A stretch of 64,000 bases of DNA from positions 28,630 through 92,629 of the forward strand of contig CAYQMF010000003.1 of the NCBI GenBank assembly GCA_964418595.1, in the 5' to 3' direction. This document shows positions 34,504 to 44,006 of the stretch, in pieces (the stretch's first letter is position 1; the number at the start of each line of letters is the position of its first letter). The stretch is from an uncultured candidatus Brocadiaceae bacterium. Lineage in GTDB: Bacteria > Planctomycetota > UBA1135 > UBA2386. The position numbers were made by a program, and so were the translations under genes. Below the pieces are notes generated by a model, which worked only from the letters and a program-made list of their open reading frames with translations, made no database searches and was not told where the DNA came from.

Positions 34504-35703
34504 ATGCTCCGCCTCGCACCGCGCGCGTCGCTCCCCTGGCTCGCCGTGTCCCTCGCCGCCCAGGCCGCGTGGCGCGACCTTCCGGAGCGCGCCCCCGACG
34601 GGGTGATCAGCAACACCGGCGCGTTCATCATCGGCAAGAAGCAGAAGACCGACTGGGTCCGACCGGCGTTCCGCTACGACGCCCGCGTCGCCAGCGGCCG
34701 CAAGCGCGCCAAGGTGGTGGTCGTGATCTACGACCCGATCCTGGAAGCGCACGCGGGCAAGACCCTGCGCGCGCACGTGGGTGGCAACGACCCGCGCCAC
34801 TTCTCGCGCATCCTGGTCGACGTGATCCGGCAGGCGAGCTGGGGCTACATCGACTACGAGATCGTCGACATCCTCGAGATCGACGGCTTCCCCAAGAAGG
34901 TCGACGGCTTCCGCTACACCGACGAGTCGTTCCTGGCGGTGCGGCAGACCCAGCAGTGGCAGCCAGCCACGACGTCGTATCGCTGTGTGCTCGAGGAGAA
35001 CGGGCTCATCGAGCGCTTCCGCAAGGAGGGCATCACGGAGCTGTGGCTGTGGGGTGCGTCGGGGATGCACTTCGACGAGTTCGCGGGCTACATCCCCAAC
35101 CGCTACGCGCGCTTCGGTCCCACCGACAACCCGTGGCTGTATCGGCCGTACGACATCCCCCCCGAACTCGGCCGGACCACGTGGGTGATGGGCTTCAACT
35201 ACGAGGTCGGCGCCGACAACATGGTGCACAGCTACACGCACCGCGTGGAGAGCATGGCGGCGCTCGCCTTCGCCGACGGCATCTGGGATCCCAAGACCCG
35301 CCGCGACCCGTGGAACGTGTTCTCGTGGCTCGAGATGGACACGCCCGGCACGCCGTCGATGGTCGGCAACTGCCACGTGCCACCCAACGGCGAGAAGGGC
35401 TACGACTACGCCAACCCGCGCGTCGTGCGATCATGGAGCGACAACTGGGCGCGCTACCCCGACCTGCGCGGCGACCCGCGCGGCGTGTCGAGCCTGGATT
35501 GGGGCGGCACCCAGTTCGGCTACCAGAAGTGGATCCTCGAGCGGCTGCCGAAGGGGCCGGGGTACACGACCTTCGGCTACGACAACTGGTGGGTGTACGT
35601 GGCGAACACCGACGAGGATCTGCCCGACCTCGCGCAGCGAGACCCCTCGGCCGGGCCCGGCGCCTTCACGCTGCCGGAGGGGTTGCCGGCGGTCGGGCGC
35701 TGA
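34504..35703 (+). CDS. secreted protein of unknown function
   Basis: Signal peptide MLRLAPRASLPWLAVSLAAQAAW. The 399-aa product is Trp/Tyr/Asp-rich and globular-looking, with strong coding bias. I recognise no family. Confidence 0.65.
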   Translation: MLRLAPRASLPWLAVSLAAQAAWRDLPERAPDGVISNTGAFIIGKKQKTDWVRPAFRYDARVASGRKRAKVVVVIYDPILEAHAGKTLRAHVGGNDPRHFSRILVDVIRQASWGYIDYEIVDILEIDGFPKKVDGFRYTDESFLAVRQTQQWQPATTSYRCVLEENGLIERFRKEGITELWLWGASGMHFDEFAGYIPNRYARFGPTDNPWLYRPYDIPPELGRTTWVMGFNYEVGADNMVHSYTHRVESMAALAFADGIWDPKTRRDPWNVFSWLEMDTPGTPSMVGNCHVPPNGEKGYDYANPRVVRSWSDNWARYPDLRGDPRGVSSLDWGGTQFGYQKWILERLPKGPGYTTFGYDNWWVYVANTDEDLPDLAQRDPSAGPGAFTLPEGLPAVGR

Positions 35704-37015
35704 CCCGCGGGGCGCGCCGGCGACGCAGCACGGCGGCGAAGAACCCGTCGGTGCCGTGCCGGTGGGGGAGCGTGAAGAGGCAGCGTCCCGCCGCGATCGG
35801 CGCGGCTGCCTCGCCGCCCAGCACTTCCGCGATCGGGACGAGTTCGAGGCCGGGGTCGGCGGCGAGGGCGGCCTCGACGATGTCCTGGTTGGCGCTGCGG
35901 AAGATCGTGCAGGTCGAATACACGAGACGCGCGCCGGGCGCGAGGAGCGCGAGGGAGCGCGCCAGCAGCGCGCGCTGCGTGGCGGTCACCGCGTCGACGT
36001 GCGCGGGATCGAGGCGCCAGCGTGCGTCGGGGCGACGGCGCCACGCACCCACGCCGTCGCACGGCACGTCCAGCAGGATGCGATCGGCGCGGCGCGCGAA
36101 CGCCTCCACCTCCGCTGGCCAGGCGTCGTCGGTCACGACGAGGCTGCGCACGTTGTCGGTCCCGGCGCGGCGCCGTCGCGTCACCAGCTCGGCGAGCTTC
36201 CTGGCGCTGGTGTCGGTGGCGAGCACCGTGCCGCGGTTGCCGAGCGCGGCGGCCAGCGCCAGGGTCTTGCCGCCGGACCCGGCGCAGGCGTCGAGCACGT
36301 TGCCTCCCGGCGGCGGCGCGACGAGGTGCGCGCAGAGCTGGCTCGCCTCGTCCTGCTGCTCGAACCAGCCGTCCTGGAAGGTCTGCGTCGCGAACAGGTT
36401 GACGTCGCCGTCGAGGACGAGGCCGTGCGGCGCGAAGCGCGTCGGCTCGAGGCGCAGGCCGTGATCCTGCAATGCGGCCTGCAGCCGGGTGCGGTCGGTG
36501 CGCAGCGTGTTGGTGCGCACGGTGAGCGGGGGCGGCCCGTTGAGTGCGGCCATCACCGCGTCGGCCTCGGCGCCGAACTCCGTGCGGAAGCGGTCGGCCA
36601 GCCAGTCCGGCAGCGAGTGCTGCAGCGCGAAGCGGACCGTCGGGTCGGGCTCGCGCGCGACGGCTGCGTCGAGGTCACGCATCGCCGCCCAGTCGATGCG
36701 AGCGCGCGATTGACGGAAGTGGTCGGGTGCGGCGTCGGTGCCGATCTCGCCGGCGAGGACGAGGCTGGTCACGAAGCGGGCGCGGGTCCGCGCCTGCCCC
36801 TCCGGCGCGCGCCGCGTCGCCAGCGACAGGGCGAGGTCGATGCGGCGCCGCAGGCGGAGCATCCGGTAGAACGCGACGGCGACCACGCGGCGGTCCGCGG
36901 GAGCGAGGCGCAGGTCCGGGAACGCGTCGGCGAGGACCGCACGCGCGGGGACTCCTGCCACGGCATGGCGCTCGTACAACTCCACCACGAGGTCTTGCAG
37001 CAGCGCGTCGTCCAT
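35666..37015 (-). CDS. rsmB: 16S rRNA (cytosine-C5)-methyltransferase, RsmB/Sun family
   Basis: NusB-like N-terminus, FQDGWFEQQDEASQ, SAM motif DACAGSGGKT, DVPCDG and YSTCT. Confidence 0.85.
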   Translation of the reverse strand: MDDALLQDLVVELYERHAVAGVPARAVLADAFPDLRLAPADRRVVAVAFYRMLRLRRRIDLALSLATRRAPEGQARTRARFVTSLVLAGEIGTDAAPDHFRQSRARIDWAAMRDLDAAVAREPDPTVRFALQHSLPDWLADRFRTEFGAEADAVMAALNGPPPLTVRTNTLRTDRTRLQAALQDHGLRLEPTRFAPHGLVLDGDVNLFATQTFQDGWFEQQDEASQLCAHLVAPPPGGNVLDACAGSGGKTLALAAALGNRGTVLATDTSARKLAELVTRRRRAGTDNVRSLVVTDDAWPAEVEAFARRADRILLDVPCDGVGAWRRRPDARWRLDPAHVDAVTATQRALLARSLALLAPGARLVYSTCTIFRSANQDIVEAALAADPGLELVPIAEVLGGEAAAPIAAGRCLFTLPHRHGTDGFFAAVLRRRRAPRVSARPPATPPAA

Positions 37016-37134
37016 GCCGCGAGGCAGGCTACGTCACGGCCGATTCCGTTCCAGCGTCAGCGTGTGTCACGCGGAGCGGCCGGCGCGGTATGTTCTGCGC
37101 CGTCCTGCCTCTCCCCAACCCTCACGGAGTCTCC

Positions 37135-38919
37135 ATGACCGCATCGATCCTGGCCCGCGCAGTCGCGACCGTCCTCCTCACCGTCGCCGCCACTGCGCAG
37201 ATCGAGCCGAGCTTCCAGAAGAAGCTGCTCGACACCGCGCCCGCCCAGCAAGTCCCGATCGTCATCGTGCTGGGTGAACAGCTCGATGTCGTGAGCTTGA
37301 CCTCGCGCCTGGATCGAGGCAACGCGACCCGCGCCCAGCGCCACGAGCTGGTGGTCCGCGCCGCGCAGGAACTGGCGGATCGCTCGCAGGCGGCGCTGCT
37401 CGGCAAGCTGCGCGACCTGGAGACGCGCGGCCACGTGTCGGCCCTGCAGCCGTTCTGGGTCGTCAACGCCGTCGGCGCTTGGGCGACTGTCGACGCGATC
37501 GTCACGCTGTCCGCGTTCCCCGGGATCCTGCACATCGAGGATGGCGGCACGGGGCTCGCGATGATCGAGCCGGTGGCGAACCGCGAGGCCCCCGTCGGCC
37601 CGCTGGCGGCCGCGGAGCCCGGTCTCCTCGACATCAAGGCCGACTTCCTTTGGGGCCTCGGCTTCACCGGCGCCGGTCGCATCGTCAGCAACATCGACAC
37701 CGGCGTCGACGGCACGCACAACGCGTTCCGCACGCGATGGCGCGGCAACCGCTCCGGCGTGCTGGCGTCCGCGGCGTGGCACTCGCCGACGCTGCGCGCG
37801 CCGACGCCCCGCGACGGCAACGGCCACGGCACGCACACGATGGGCACGATGTGCGGCGATGACGGTACCAACCGCGTCGGCGTCGCGTTCGACGCCGACT
37901 GGATCGCATCCGACGCGATCGCCGGCTCGAACCTCGCGCAGATCCGGATCGACGCGATCGCGGCATTCCAGTGGAGCGCGGATCCGGACGGCAACCCGAC
38001 CACCGTGGACGACGTCCCCGACGTGAGCAGCAACAGCTGGGGGTACGCCCCGGCTTTCCACCAGGTGCCGATGTGCGACCAGGCGTTCTGGCAAGGGATC
38101 GACATCGCGGAGGCGGCCGGCGTGGTCGTGGTGTTCGCGGCGGGCAACGAAGGCTCGCGCGGCGCGATGTCGCTGCGCACGCCGAGCGATCGAGCCACGA
38201 CGCCGTTCAACACGTTCAGCGTCGGCGCGCTCCTCACCGGGAGCAACAGCATCGCGAGCTTCAGCAGCCTCGGCCCGTCGGGCTGCCCGGGCAATCCGAT
38301 CAAGCCGGAGGTTTGCGCCCAGGGCGACAACGTGCGTTCGTCGTACCCCGGCAACCAGTACCGCAACCTGAGCGGCACGTCGATGGCGTGCCCGCACGTC
38401 GCCGGTGCGGTCGCCCTGCTCCGGCAGGTCGATCCGAACCTCAGCGCCGACCAGGTGAAGAGCCTCCTCTACCGGTCGGCGATCGATCTCGGCGCCGCGG
38501 GCGAAGACAACACCTACGGCAACGGGCGGATCAACCTGCAGGCGGCCTACAACCTGTTGCGCGCGGAACAAGGCGCGGTGTCGGTCGGCGTCGTCACCAC
38601 GACCGGCCGCGTGCAGCGCGGGCGCAACCTCGTGTACGCGCTCTCGCTCACCAACAACACGGCGGCGCCGCAGAACCTGGTGCTGGTCCTCGAGATCGCC
38701 GCCAACGGTCTCTCGGCGCCACTGCTCGGCCCGGCGTTCGTGTCGTTGCCGCCGAACTTCGCCGTCGATCCGAACTGGTTGTCGGGCAGCATCGCCATTC
38801 CGGCGAACCTCGATCCGTTCAACACGACCTTCCCGTTCCGCTTCCGCTTCAAGGCGATCGACCCGAGCAACAACCAGATCGTCTCGCAGGCGGAAGCGGA
38901 GTTCTGGATCACGTTGTGA
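37135..38919 (+). CDS. secreted subtilisin-like serine protease (peptidase S8) with I9-like propeptide
   Basis: Signal peptide. Catalytic contexts SNIDTGVDGTH (Asp), GHGTHTMG (His) and SGTSMACPHVAG (Ser). ATG at 37135, with GGAG upstream. Confidence 0.9.
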   Translation: MTASILARAVATVLLTVAATAQIEPSFQKKLLDTAPAQQVPIVIVLGEQLDVVSLTSRLDRGNATRAQRHELVVRAAQELADRSQAALLGKLRDLETRGHVSALQPFWVVNAVGAWATVDAIVTLSAFPGILHIEDGGTGLAMIEPVANREAPVGPLAAAEPGLLDIKADFLWGLGFTGAGRIVSNIDTGVDGTHNAFRTRWRGNRSGVLASAAWHSPTLRAPTPRDGNGHGTHTMGTMCGDDGTNRVGVAFDADWIASDAIAGSNLAQIRIDAIAAFQWSADPDGNPTTVDDVPDVSSNSWGYAPAFHQVPMCDQAFWQGIDIAEAAGVVVVFAAGNEGSRGAMSLRTPSDRATTPFNTFSVGALLTGSNSIASFSSLGPSGCPGNPIKPEVCAQGDNVRSSYPGNQYRNLSGTSMACPHVAGAVALLRQVDPNLSADQVKSLLYRSAIDLGAAGEDNTYGNGRINLQAAYNLLRAEQGAVSVGVVTTTGRVQRGRNLVYALSLTNNTAAPQNLVLVLEIAANGLSAPLLGPAFVSLPPNFAVDPNWLSGSIAIPANLDPFNTTFPFRFRFKAIDPSNNQIVSQAEAEFWITL

Positions 38920-39141
38920 GCCGTCCCGCCCTGCGGGCGGTGCGGCTCACTCGCCTCTGGAGCCGTCGCAACGCGGGGCACCAACCTCGACCCGGAGACG
39001 CATCGGCCCCGCTGCGACGGCTCGTTGGAGGCCGTCCCGCCCTGCGGGCGGTGCGGTTCACTCGCCTCTGGAGCCGTGGCAACGCGGGGCACCAACCTCG
39101 ACCAGGAGACGCATCGGCCCCGCTGCGCCGTCTCTTTGGAA
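38920..39141. repeat. 111-bp tandem direct repeat x2 (7 mismatches), each copy hairpin-rich
   Basis: Copy 1 is 38920-39030 and copy 2 is 39031-39141. Each copy holds CCGCCC-tgc-GGGCGG plus a long imperfect inverted repeat GAGCCGTCGCAACGCGGGGC...GCCCCGCTGCGACGGCTC. Confidence 0.95.
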
Positions 39142-39166
39142 GTCCATCGCCGCCGGCACGAGCAGG

Positions 39167-40453
39167 TCACCGCACGGGCAGCAGTTCGTGCGCGCCGGCC
39201 ACGAGCGCCGCGATCCCCGTCGGCAGGCACTCGTCGACATCGGGATAGAAGCCGCCGGAGTGCAGTGGCGGCGGCTGCGCCCCGGCCTGCCGCAAGGCGG
39301 CGAGGCGCGCGGCGCTGACCACGCCCAGGCGGAACATGAACACCGGCACGCCGGCGCGCGCGTAGCGCGAGAAGTCTTCGCCGCCCATCGCAGCGGGGAC
39401 CTCGAGCACGTTGTCGGTGCCCAAGGCCGTGCGCAGCACGGGCACGACGCGGGACACCAGCGCCTCGTCGTTGAACAGGGCGGGGGTACCTTCGCTGAAG
39501 GTCACCGTCGGCTCCGGTGCGCGATGGGCTGCCGCCACCGCGGCGGCCTTGCGGCGGATGGCGGCGTGGATGTGCTCGCGCACGGCGTCGCTGTAGCTGC
39601 GCACCGTGAGCTGCAGCTCGCACTGGTCGGGGATGATGTTGTGCTTGCTGCCGCCGTGGATGGCCCCGACCGTGACGACCGCGGGTTCCTGCGCGGCCAG
39701 TTCGCGCGACACGATGGTCTGCAGGTCGACCACGAGTTGCGCCGCGATCACGATCGGGTCGATGGTGAGGTGGGGTGTCGAACCGTGCCCACCGCGTCCG
39801 TGCACGACGATGTCGACGCTGTCGACGTTGGCCATGGCCCAGCCGGCGCGGTGGCCGATGGTGCCCGCGGTCAGGTCGTGGGCGACGTGCAGGGCGAGCG
39901 CGAAGTCGGGCTTGCCGAAGCGCGCGAAGAGCTGGTCGTCGAGCATCTGCTTCGCGCCGAGACCGCGCTCCTCCGCGGGCTGGAACAGGCACAGGATCGT
40001 GCCTCGCCACGCGCTCTTGTCGGCGGCGAGGCGGCCGGCGGCGCCGAGCAGGCAGGTCATGTGCAGGTCGTGCCCGCAGGCGTGCATCACGCCGACGGCG
40101 CGACCTTCGTCGCTCTCGCCACGGATCGTCGACGCGTACGGGAGGCCGGTCGTCTCGGCGATGGGGAGCGCATCCATGTCGGCGCGCAGCATGAGGAGCG
40201 GGCCTTCGCCGTTGCGCAGCACGCCGACGACGCCGAGTCCGCCGATGCGCTCCGTGACCGCCGCCCCGAGCGCGCGCAGCTCGGCGGCCATGCGGGAGGC
40301 GGTCTTCACCTCGCGGTTGGAGAGTTCGGGATGCCGGTGCAGCTCGCGATACAGCTCACGCAGGCGCTCGAGTTCAGGCGGCGAGGTCGGTTGCGCCGGC
40401 TGTGCCGGCAACGTTGCGAGGGCGAGGAACAGCGTGGGCACGCGCGCGAGCAT
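39167..40453 (-). CDS. M20 family amidohydrolase (hippurate hydrolase / N-acyl-amino acid amidohydrolase type), secreted
   Basis: LYRELHRHPELSNRE, LLMLRADMDALP and MHACGHDLH motifs, plus an N-terminal signal peptide. Confidence 0.9.
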   Translation of the reverse strand: MLARVPTLFLALATLPAQPAQPTSPPELERLRELYRELHRHPELSNREVKTASRMAAELRALGAAVTERIGGLGVVGVLRNGEGPLLMLRADMDALPIAETTGLPYASTIRGESDEGRAVGVMHACGHDLHMTCLLGAAGRLAADKSAWRGTILCLFQPAEERGLGAKQMLDDQLFARFGKPDFALALHVAHDLTAGTIGHRAGWAMANVDSVDIVVHGRGGHGSTPHLTIDPIVIAAQLVVDLQTIVSRELAAQEPAVVTVGAIHGGSKHNIIPDQCELQLTVRSYSDAVREHIHAAIRRKAAAVAAAHRAPEPTVTFSEGTPALFNDEALVSRVVPVLRTALGTDNVLEVPAAMGGEDFSRYARAGVPVFMFRLGVVSAARLAALRQAGAQPPPLHSGGFYPDVDECLPTGIAALVAGAHELLPVR

Positions 40454-40536
40454 GGCCCCGGGGAATACCGCGGGCGCGGTGCGAGGGCAACGACAGGCGC
40501 GTTGACGCTCGCCGCGGGCTCGTCGACGATGCCGCC

Positions 40537-41502
40537 ATGCTGGCTCGCGCTGCGCTGCTCTTCGTCACGATCGTGCCTCTCCGCGCCCAGGGTCCCGCCA
40601 GCCCGAACCTCGTGCGCACGGCGGACACGATCCGCGTGGAACTCGGGGGCGAGGCCTTCGCGACGTTCGTGCCACAGACGTTCGGGCGGCCGATCCTGTG
40701 GCCACTGCTGGCGCCAGGCGGCCTGCCGGTCACGCGGGCCTGGCCCATGCAGCAGGAACCCGGTGCGGCGGAGGACCACCCGCACCAGAAGTCGCTGTGG
40801 TTCGCGCACGGCGACGTCAACGGCGTCGACTTCTGGACGGAGGGCGACAACGCGGGGCGCATCGAGCCGACGGAGCCGATCACCGCCGAGGTCGTGGAGC
40901 ATCGCGCGCGCATCGTCACCAGCAACCGGTGGCTGGCACCCGACGGCAAGGTCGTGTGCACCGACCGCCGGACGCACGAGTTCTTCGCCAGTGGCGCGCT
41001 GCGCGGGATCGATGTCACGCTCGTGCTGCGCGCGTCGCACGGCGCGCTGCACTTCGGCGACACCAAGGAGGGCACGATGGCGCTCCGGTTGCCGCGCGGC
41101 CTGTGCTTCGACCGCGCGCAGGATCCCGGCCACGCGTACACGAGCGAGGGCAAGGTCGACGCCGCGGCGTGGGGCACGCGCGCGCGGTGGGTTGCCTACA
41201 GCGGCGAGGTCGACGGCAAGGCGGTGGGCGTGGCGCTCCTAGACCACGTCGAGAACCTGCGGCATCCGACGTGGTGGCACGCGCGGTCGTACGGTCTGCT
41301 CGCGGCGAATCCGTTCGGGCGGCACGACTTCGAGAAGGCACCGCCGAAGGCGGGCGACTTCCATCTCGCCGCCGACGATGTGCTGACGCTGCGCTACCGC
41401 GTGCTGGTGTTCGCGGGACCGTTCGAGCGCGATGCGATCGAGGCGAGCTGGCGCGAGTTCACCCGGCCGGCGGCCGAGGCGAACGGCGGGAAGTGGCCGT
41501 GA
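40537..41502 (+). CDS. PmoA-like / DUF6807 family protein
   Basis: Signal peptide. HPHQKSLWFAHGDVNGVDFW and HPTWWHARSYGLLAANPFG are typical of this family. The ATG at 40537 is in frame with track ORF 40402..41502. Confidence 0.7.
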   Translation: MLARAALLFVTIVPLRAQGPASPNLVRTADTIRVELGGEAFATFVPQTFGRPILWPLLAPGGLPVTRAWPMQQEPGAAEDHPHQKSLWFAHGDVNGVDFWTEGDNAGRIEPTEPITAEVVEHRARIVTSNRWLAPDGKVVCTDRRTHEFFASGALRGIDVTLVLRASHGALHFGDTKEGTMALRLPRGLCFDRAQDPGHAYTSEGKVDAAAWGTRARWVAYSGEVDGKAVGVALLDHVENLRHPTWWHARSYGLLAANPFGRHDFEKAPPKAGDFHLAADDVLTLRYRVLVFAGPFERDAIEASWREFTRPAAEANGGKWP

Positions 41503-44006
41503 TCCGCGCGGGCGTGCTCTGGGTGGCCGCGGGCGCGGCGGCGCAGGCCGGCGACGGCAAGGATCGACCCGGCACCGTGCAGGCGCCGCCTTCCGGCTAC
41601 GTGATCCCAGACGCGCCGGCGCTGTCGCCGCAGGAAGCGCTGCGCACCTTCGTCGTCGAGCACGGCTTCCGCATCGAGCTGGCCGCGGCGGAGCCCATGG
41701 TCGTGGCGCCCGTGTGCATGGCCTTCGATGGCGATGGCCGGCTGTGGGTGGTCGAGATGCGCAGCTACATGCCGGACGTCGACGGCAAGGGCGAGACCAA
41801 CCCCGACGGCGCCGTGGCGATCCTGACCGACGGCGACGGCGACGGCCGCTTCGAGCGACGCGTGACCTTCCTCGATGGACTGGTGCTGCCGCGCGCGGTG
41901 TGCCCGCTGCGCGGCGGGGCGCTGGTGATCGAGCCGCCGCACCTGTGGTGGTGTCCCGATCGCGACGGCGACGGCAAGGCGGATGGCAAGGCGGAGGTCG
42001 CCGCCGGGCTCGGCGGCATCGACAGCCCGGAGCATGCGCCCAATGGCCTGCTGTGGGCGCTCGACAACCGGATCTACCTCGCCAAGCACGACGTGTGCTA
42101 CGTGCGCGACGGCGACCGCTTCGTGGCGGAACCATCGCCGGCGCTGGGCCAGTGGGGGATCGCGCAGGACGACCTCGGCCGCCTGTTCCACGACGACAAC
42201 AGCACGCAGTTGCGCGTCGATCTGCTGCCGCGGCAGCTCGCGATCGGCAACCCCCGCCTCGGCCGCGCGCGCGGGCTCGACCACGTCGCGGTGAAGGACC
42301 AGTCGGTGTGGCCGGTGCGGGTGACCCCCGGCGTCAACCGCGGCTACCAGCCGGGGACGCTCACCGACGGGCGACTCGCGCGCTTCACGGCCGCTTGCAG
42401 TCCGTGGGTCTATCGCGGCGATCTCTTCCCGGAGACGCATCGTGGCAATGCGTTCGTGTGCGAACCCTCGGCGAACCTGATCAAGCGCAACGTGCTGCGC
42501 GACGAGGACGGGATCGTCAACGGCGCGCCGGCGACGCGCGGCAGCGAGTTCCTGGCGTCGCACGACGAGCGCTTCCGTCCGGTCGCGCTGGCCGAGGGGC
42601 CGGACGGCGCGCTCTACGTCGCCGACATGTATCGCGGGGTCCTCCAGCATCGGTTGTTCGTGACGACCTTCCTGCGCCGGCAGATCCTCGAACGGAAGCT
42701 GGAGGCGCCGCTCGACCTCGGTCGGATCTGGCGGGTCGTGCCGGCGGGAGCGCCGACGCGGCAACCCATGCACGTGTCGCGCGCGAGCGGCAACGCGCTG
42801 GTCGACCTGCTGGGCTCGGCGTCTGGCGTCGCGCGCGATGCCGCGCAGCGGGAGCTCGTGCAGCGAGGCGATCTGGCGGCGGTGCCCGCCCTGCACGCAC
42901 GCGCACAAGAGGGCCAGGACCTCGCCCGGCTGCACGCGCTGTGGACGCTCGAGGGTCTCGGCGCGCTCGAGCGCGGGCCGCTGCTCGCCGCGATCTTCGC
43001 GCGCTCCGGGGCTCTGCGCGCCGCGGGGTACGAGCTGGCCCGGGCGCGCCTGTGCCGCGCTCCCGACCCGATCCTGACCGGCGCCCTCCTTCGCGCGGTC
43101 GGGACCGAGGCCGACCCCCGGGCGCAACGACTCGCCGTGTTCGCGCTCGGTGCGACCGCGGACGCCGACGCGCTCGGCGCGGCGGTGGCGCTCGTGGTCC
43201 GGGTCCGCGACGACGAGCTGCTCGGCTCGGCGCTCGTCGCTGGCTTCGCGGCGCGCGAACTGGCGCTGCTGCAGCAAGGCCTGAGCGCGTGGACCGAGGG
43301 CGGCAAGACCGCACGCGAGGCGTGTCGCGCGGCCGCGATCGCGATCTGTCGCGGCCGCGACGCCGCAGAGCTGTCGACGCTGCTCGTGCTGCTGGCGGCG
43401 GCGGATCGCTCGGCGTGGCAGCGCGCGGCGCTCCTCGACGGCATCGACGCGGCGGTGCGCAAGGACGCGAAGCGGCAGGTCGTGCCCGGCAGCCTGCGGC
43501 TCGCCGGCGCTGTGCCGGAGACTCTGGCGGGCGGCGCAGGCGAAGAGAGCACGCGCCTCGCTGCGCGCTATGCCGCGCTGCGGCCGGCGTTCGCCGCCGC
43601 CCCGGCGGCGACGAACCTGCGTGCCCTGACCGCGGACGAGCAGGCGCGCTTCGCGCGCGGTCAGGCCCTGTTCGTGATCTGCGCCGGATGCCACGGGCCA
43701 GCCGGTGCGGGCACCGCCGAGGGCCCGCCGCTCGTCGCCAGCGAGTGGCTGGCGGGGCCGGTGGGGCGCCCGATGCGGATCCTCCTGCATGGTCTCGAAG
43801 GCCCCCTCGAGGTCGACGGCACGACCTGGGACAAGGCCATGCCGCCCGTGGCGCTCGGCGATGCGGAGCTGGCGGCCGTGCTGACCTTCGCGCGCCGCAC
43901 GTTCGGCGAGGGCGCGGATCCGGTCACCGCCGACGAGATCGCAGCCGTGCGCGCGCAGCCACGCGACCGGCCGTGGACCGCAGCCGAGCTGGAAACCATC
44001 CAGTGA
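41499..44006 (+). CDS. PVC-type membrane-bound-dehydrogenase-domain / HEAT-repeat / cytochrome c protein
   Basis: N-terminal propeller-like region (DGDGRLWVVEMRSY, DGDGDGRFE), HEAT-like repeats and a C-terminal CAGCHG heme motif. The GTG at 41499 overlaps the upstream stop (GTGA). Confidence 0.8.
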   Translation: MIRAGVLWVAAGAAAQAGDGKDRPGTVQAPPSGYVIPDAPALSPQEALRTFVVEHGFRIELAAAEPMVVAPVCMAFDGDGRLWVVEMRSYMPDVDGKGETNPDGAVAILTDGDGDGRFERRVTFLDGLVLPRAVCPLRGGALVIEPPHLWWCPDRDGDGKADGKAEVAAGLGGIDSPEHAPNGLLWALDNRIYLAKHDVCYVRDGDRFVAEPSPALGQWGIAQDDLGRLFHDDNSTQLRVDLLPRQLAIGNPRLGRARGLDHVAVKDQSVWPVRVTPGVNRGYQPGTLTDGRLARFTAACSPWVYRGDLFPETHRGNAFVCEPSANLIKRNVLRDEDGIVNGAPATRGSEFLASHDERFRPVALAEGPDGALYVADMYRGVLQHRLFVTTFLRRQILERKLEAPLDLGRIWRVVPAGAPTRQPMHVSRASGNALVDLLGSASGVARDAAQRELVQRGDLAAVPALHARAQEGQDLARLHALWTLEGLGALERGPLLAAIFARSGALRAAGYELARARLCRAPDPILTGALLRAVGTEADPRAQRLAVFALGATADADALGAAVALVVRVRDDELLGSALVAGFAARELALLQQGLSAWTEGGKTAREACRAAAIAICRGRDAAELSTLLVLLAAADRSAWQRAALLDGIDAAVRKDAKRQVVPGSLRLAGAVPETLAGGAGEESTRLAARYAALRPAFAAAPAATNLRALTADEQARFARGQALFVICAGCHGPAGAGTAEGPPLVASEWLAGPVGRPMRILLHGLEGPLEVDGTTWDKAMPPVALGDAELAAVLTFARRTFGEGADPVTADEIAAVRAQPRDRPWTAAELETIQ

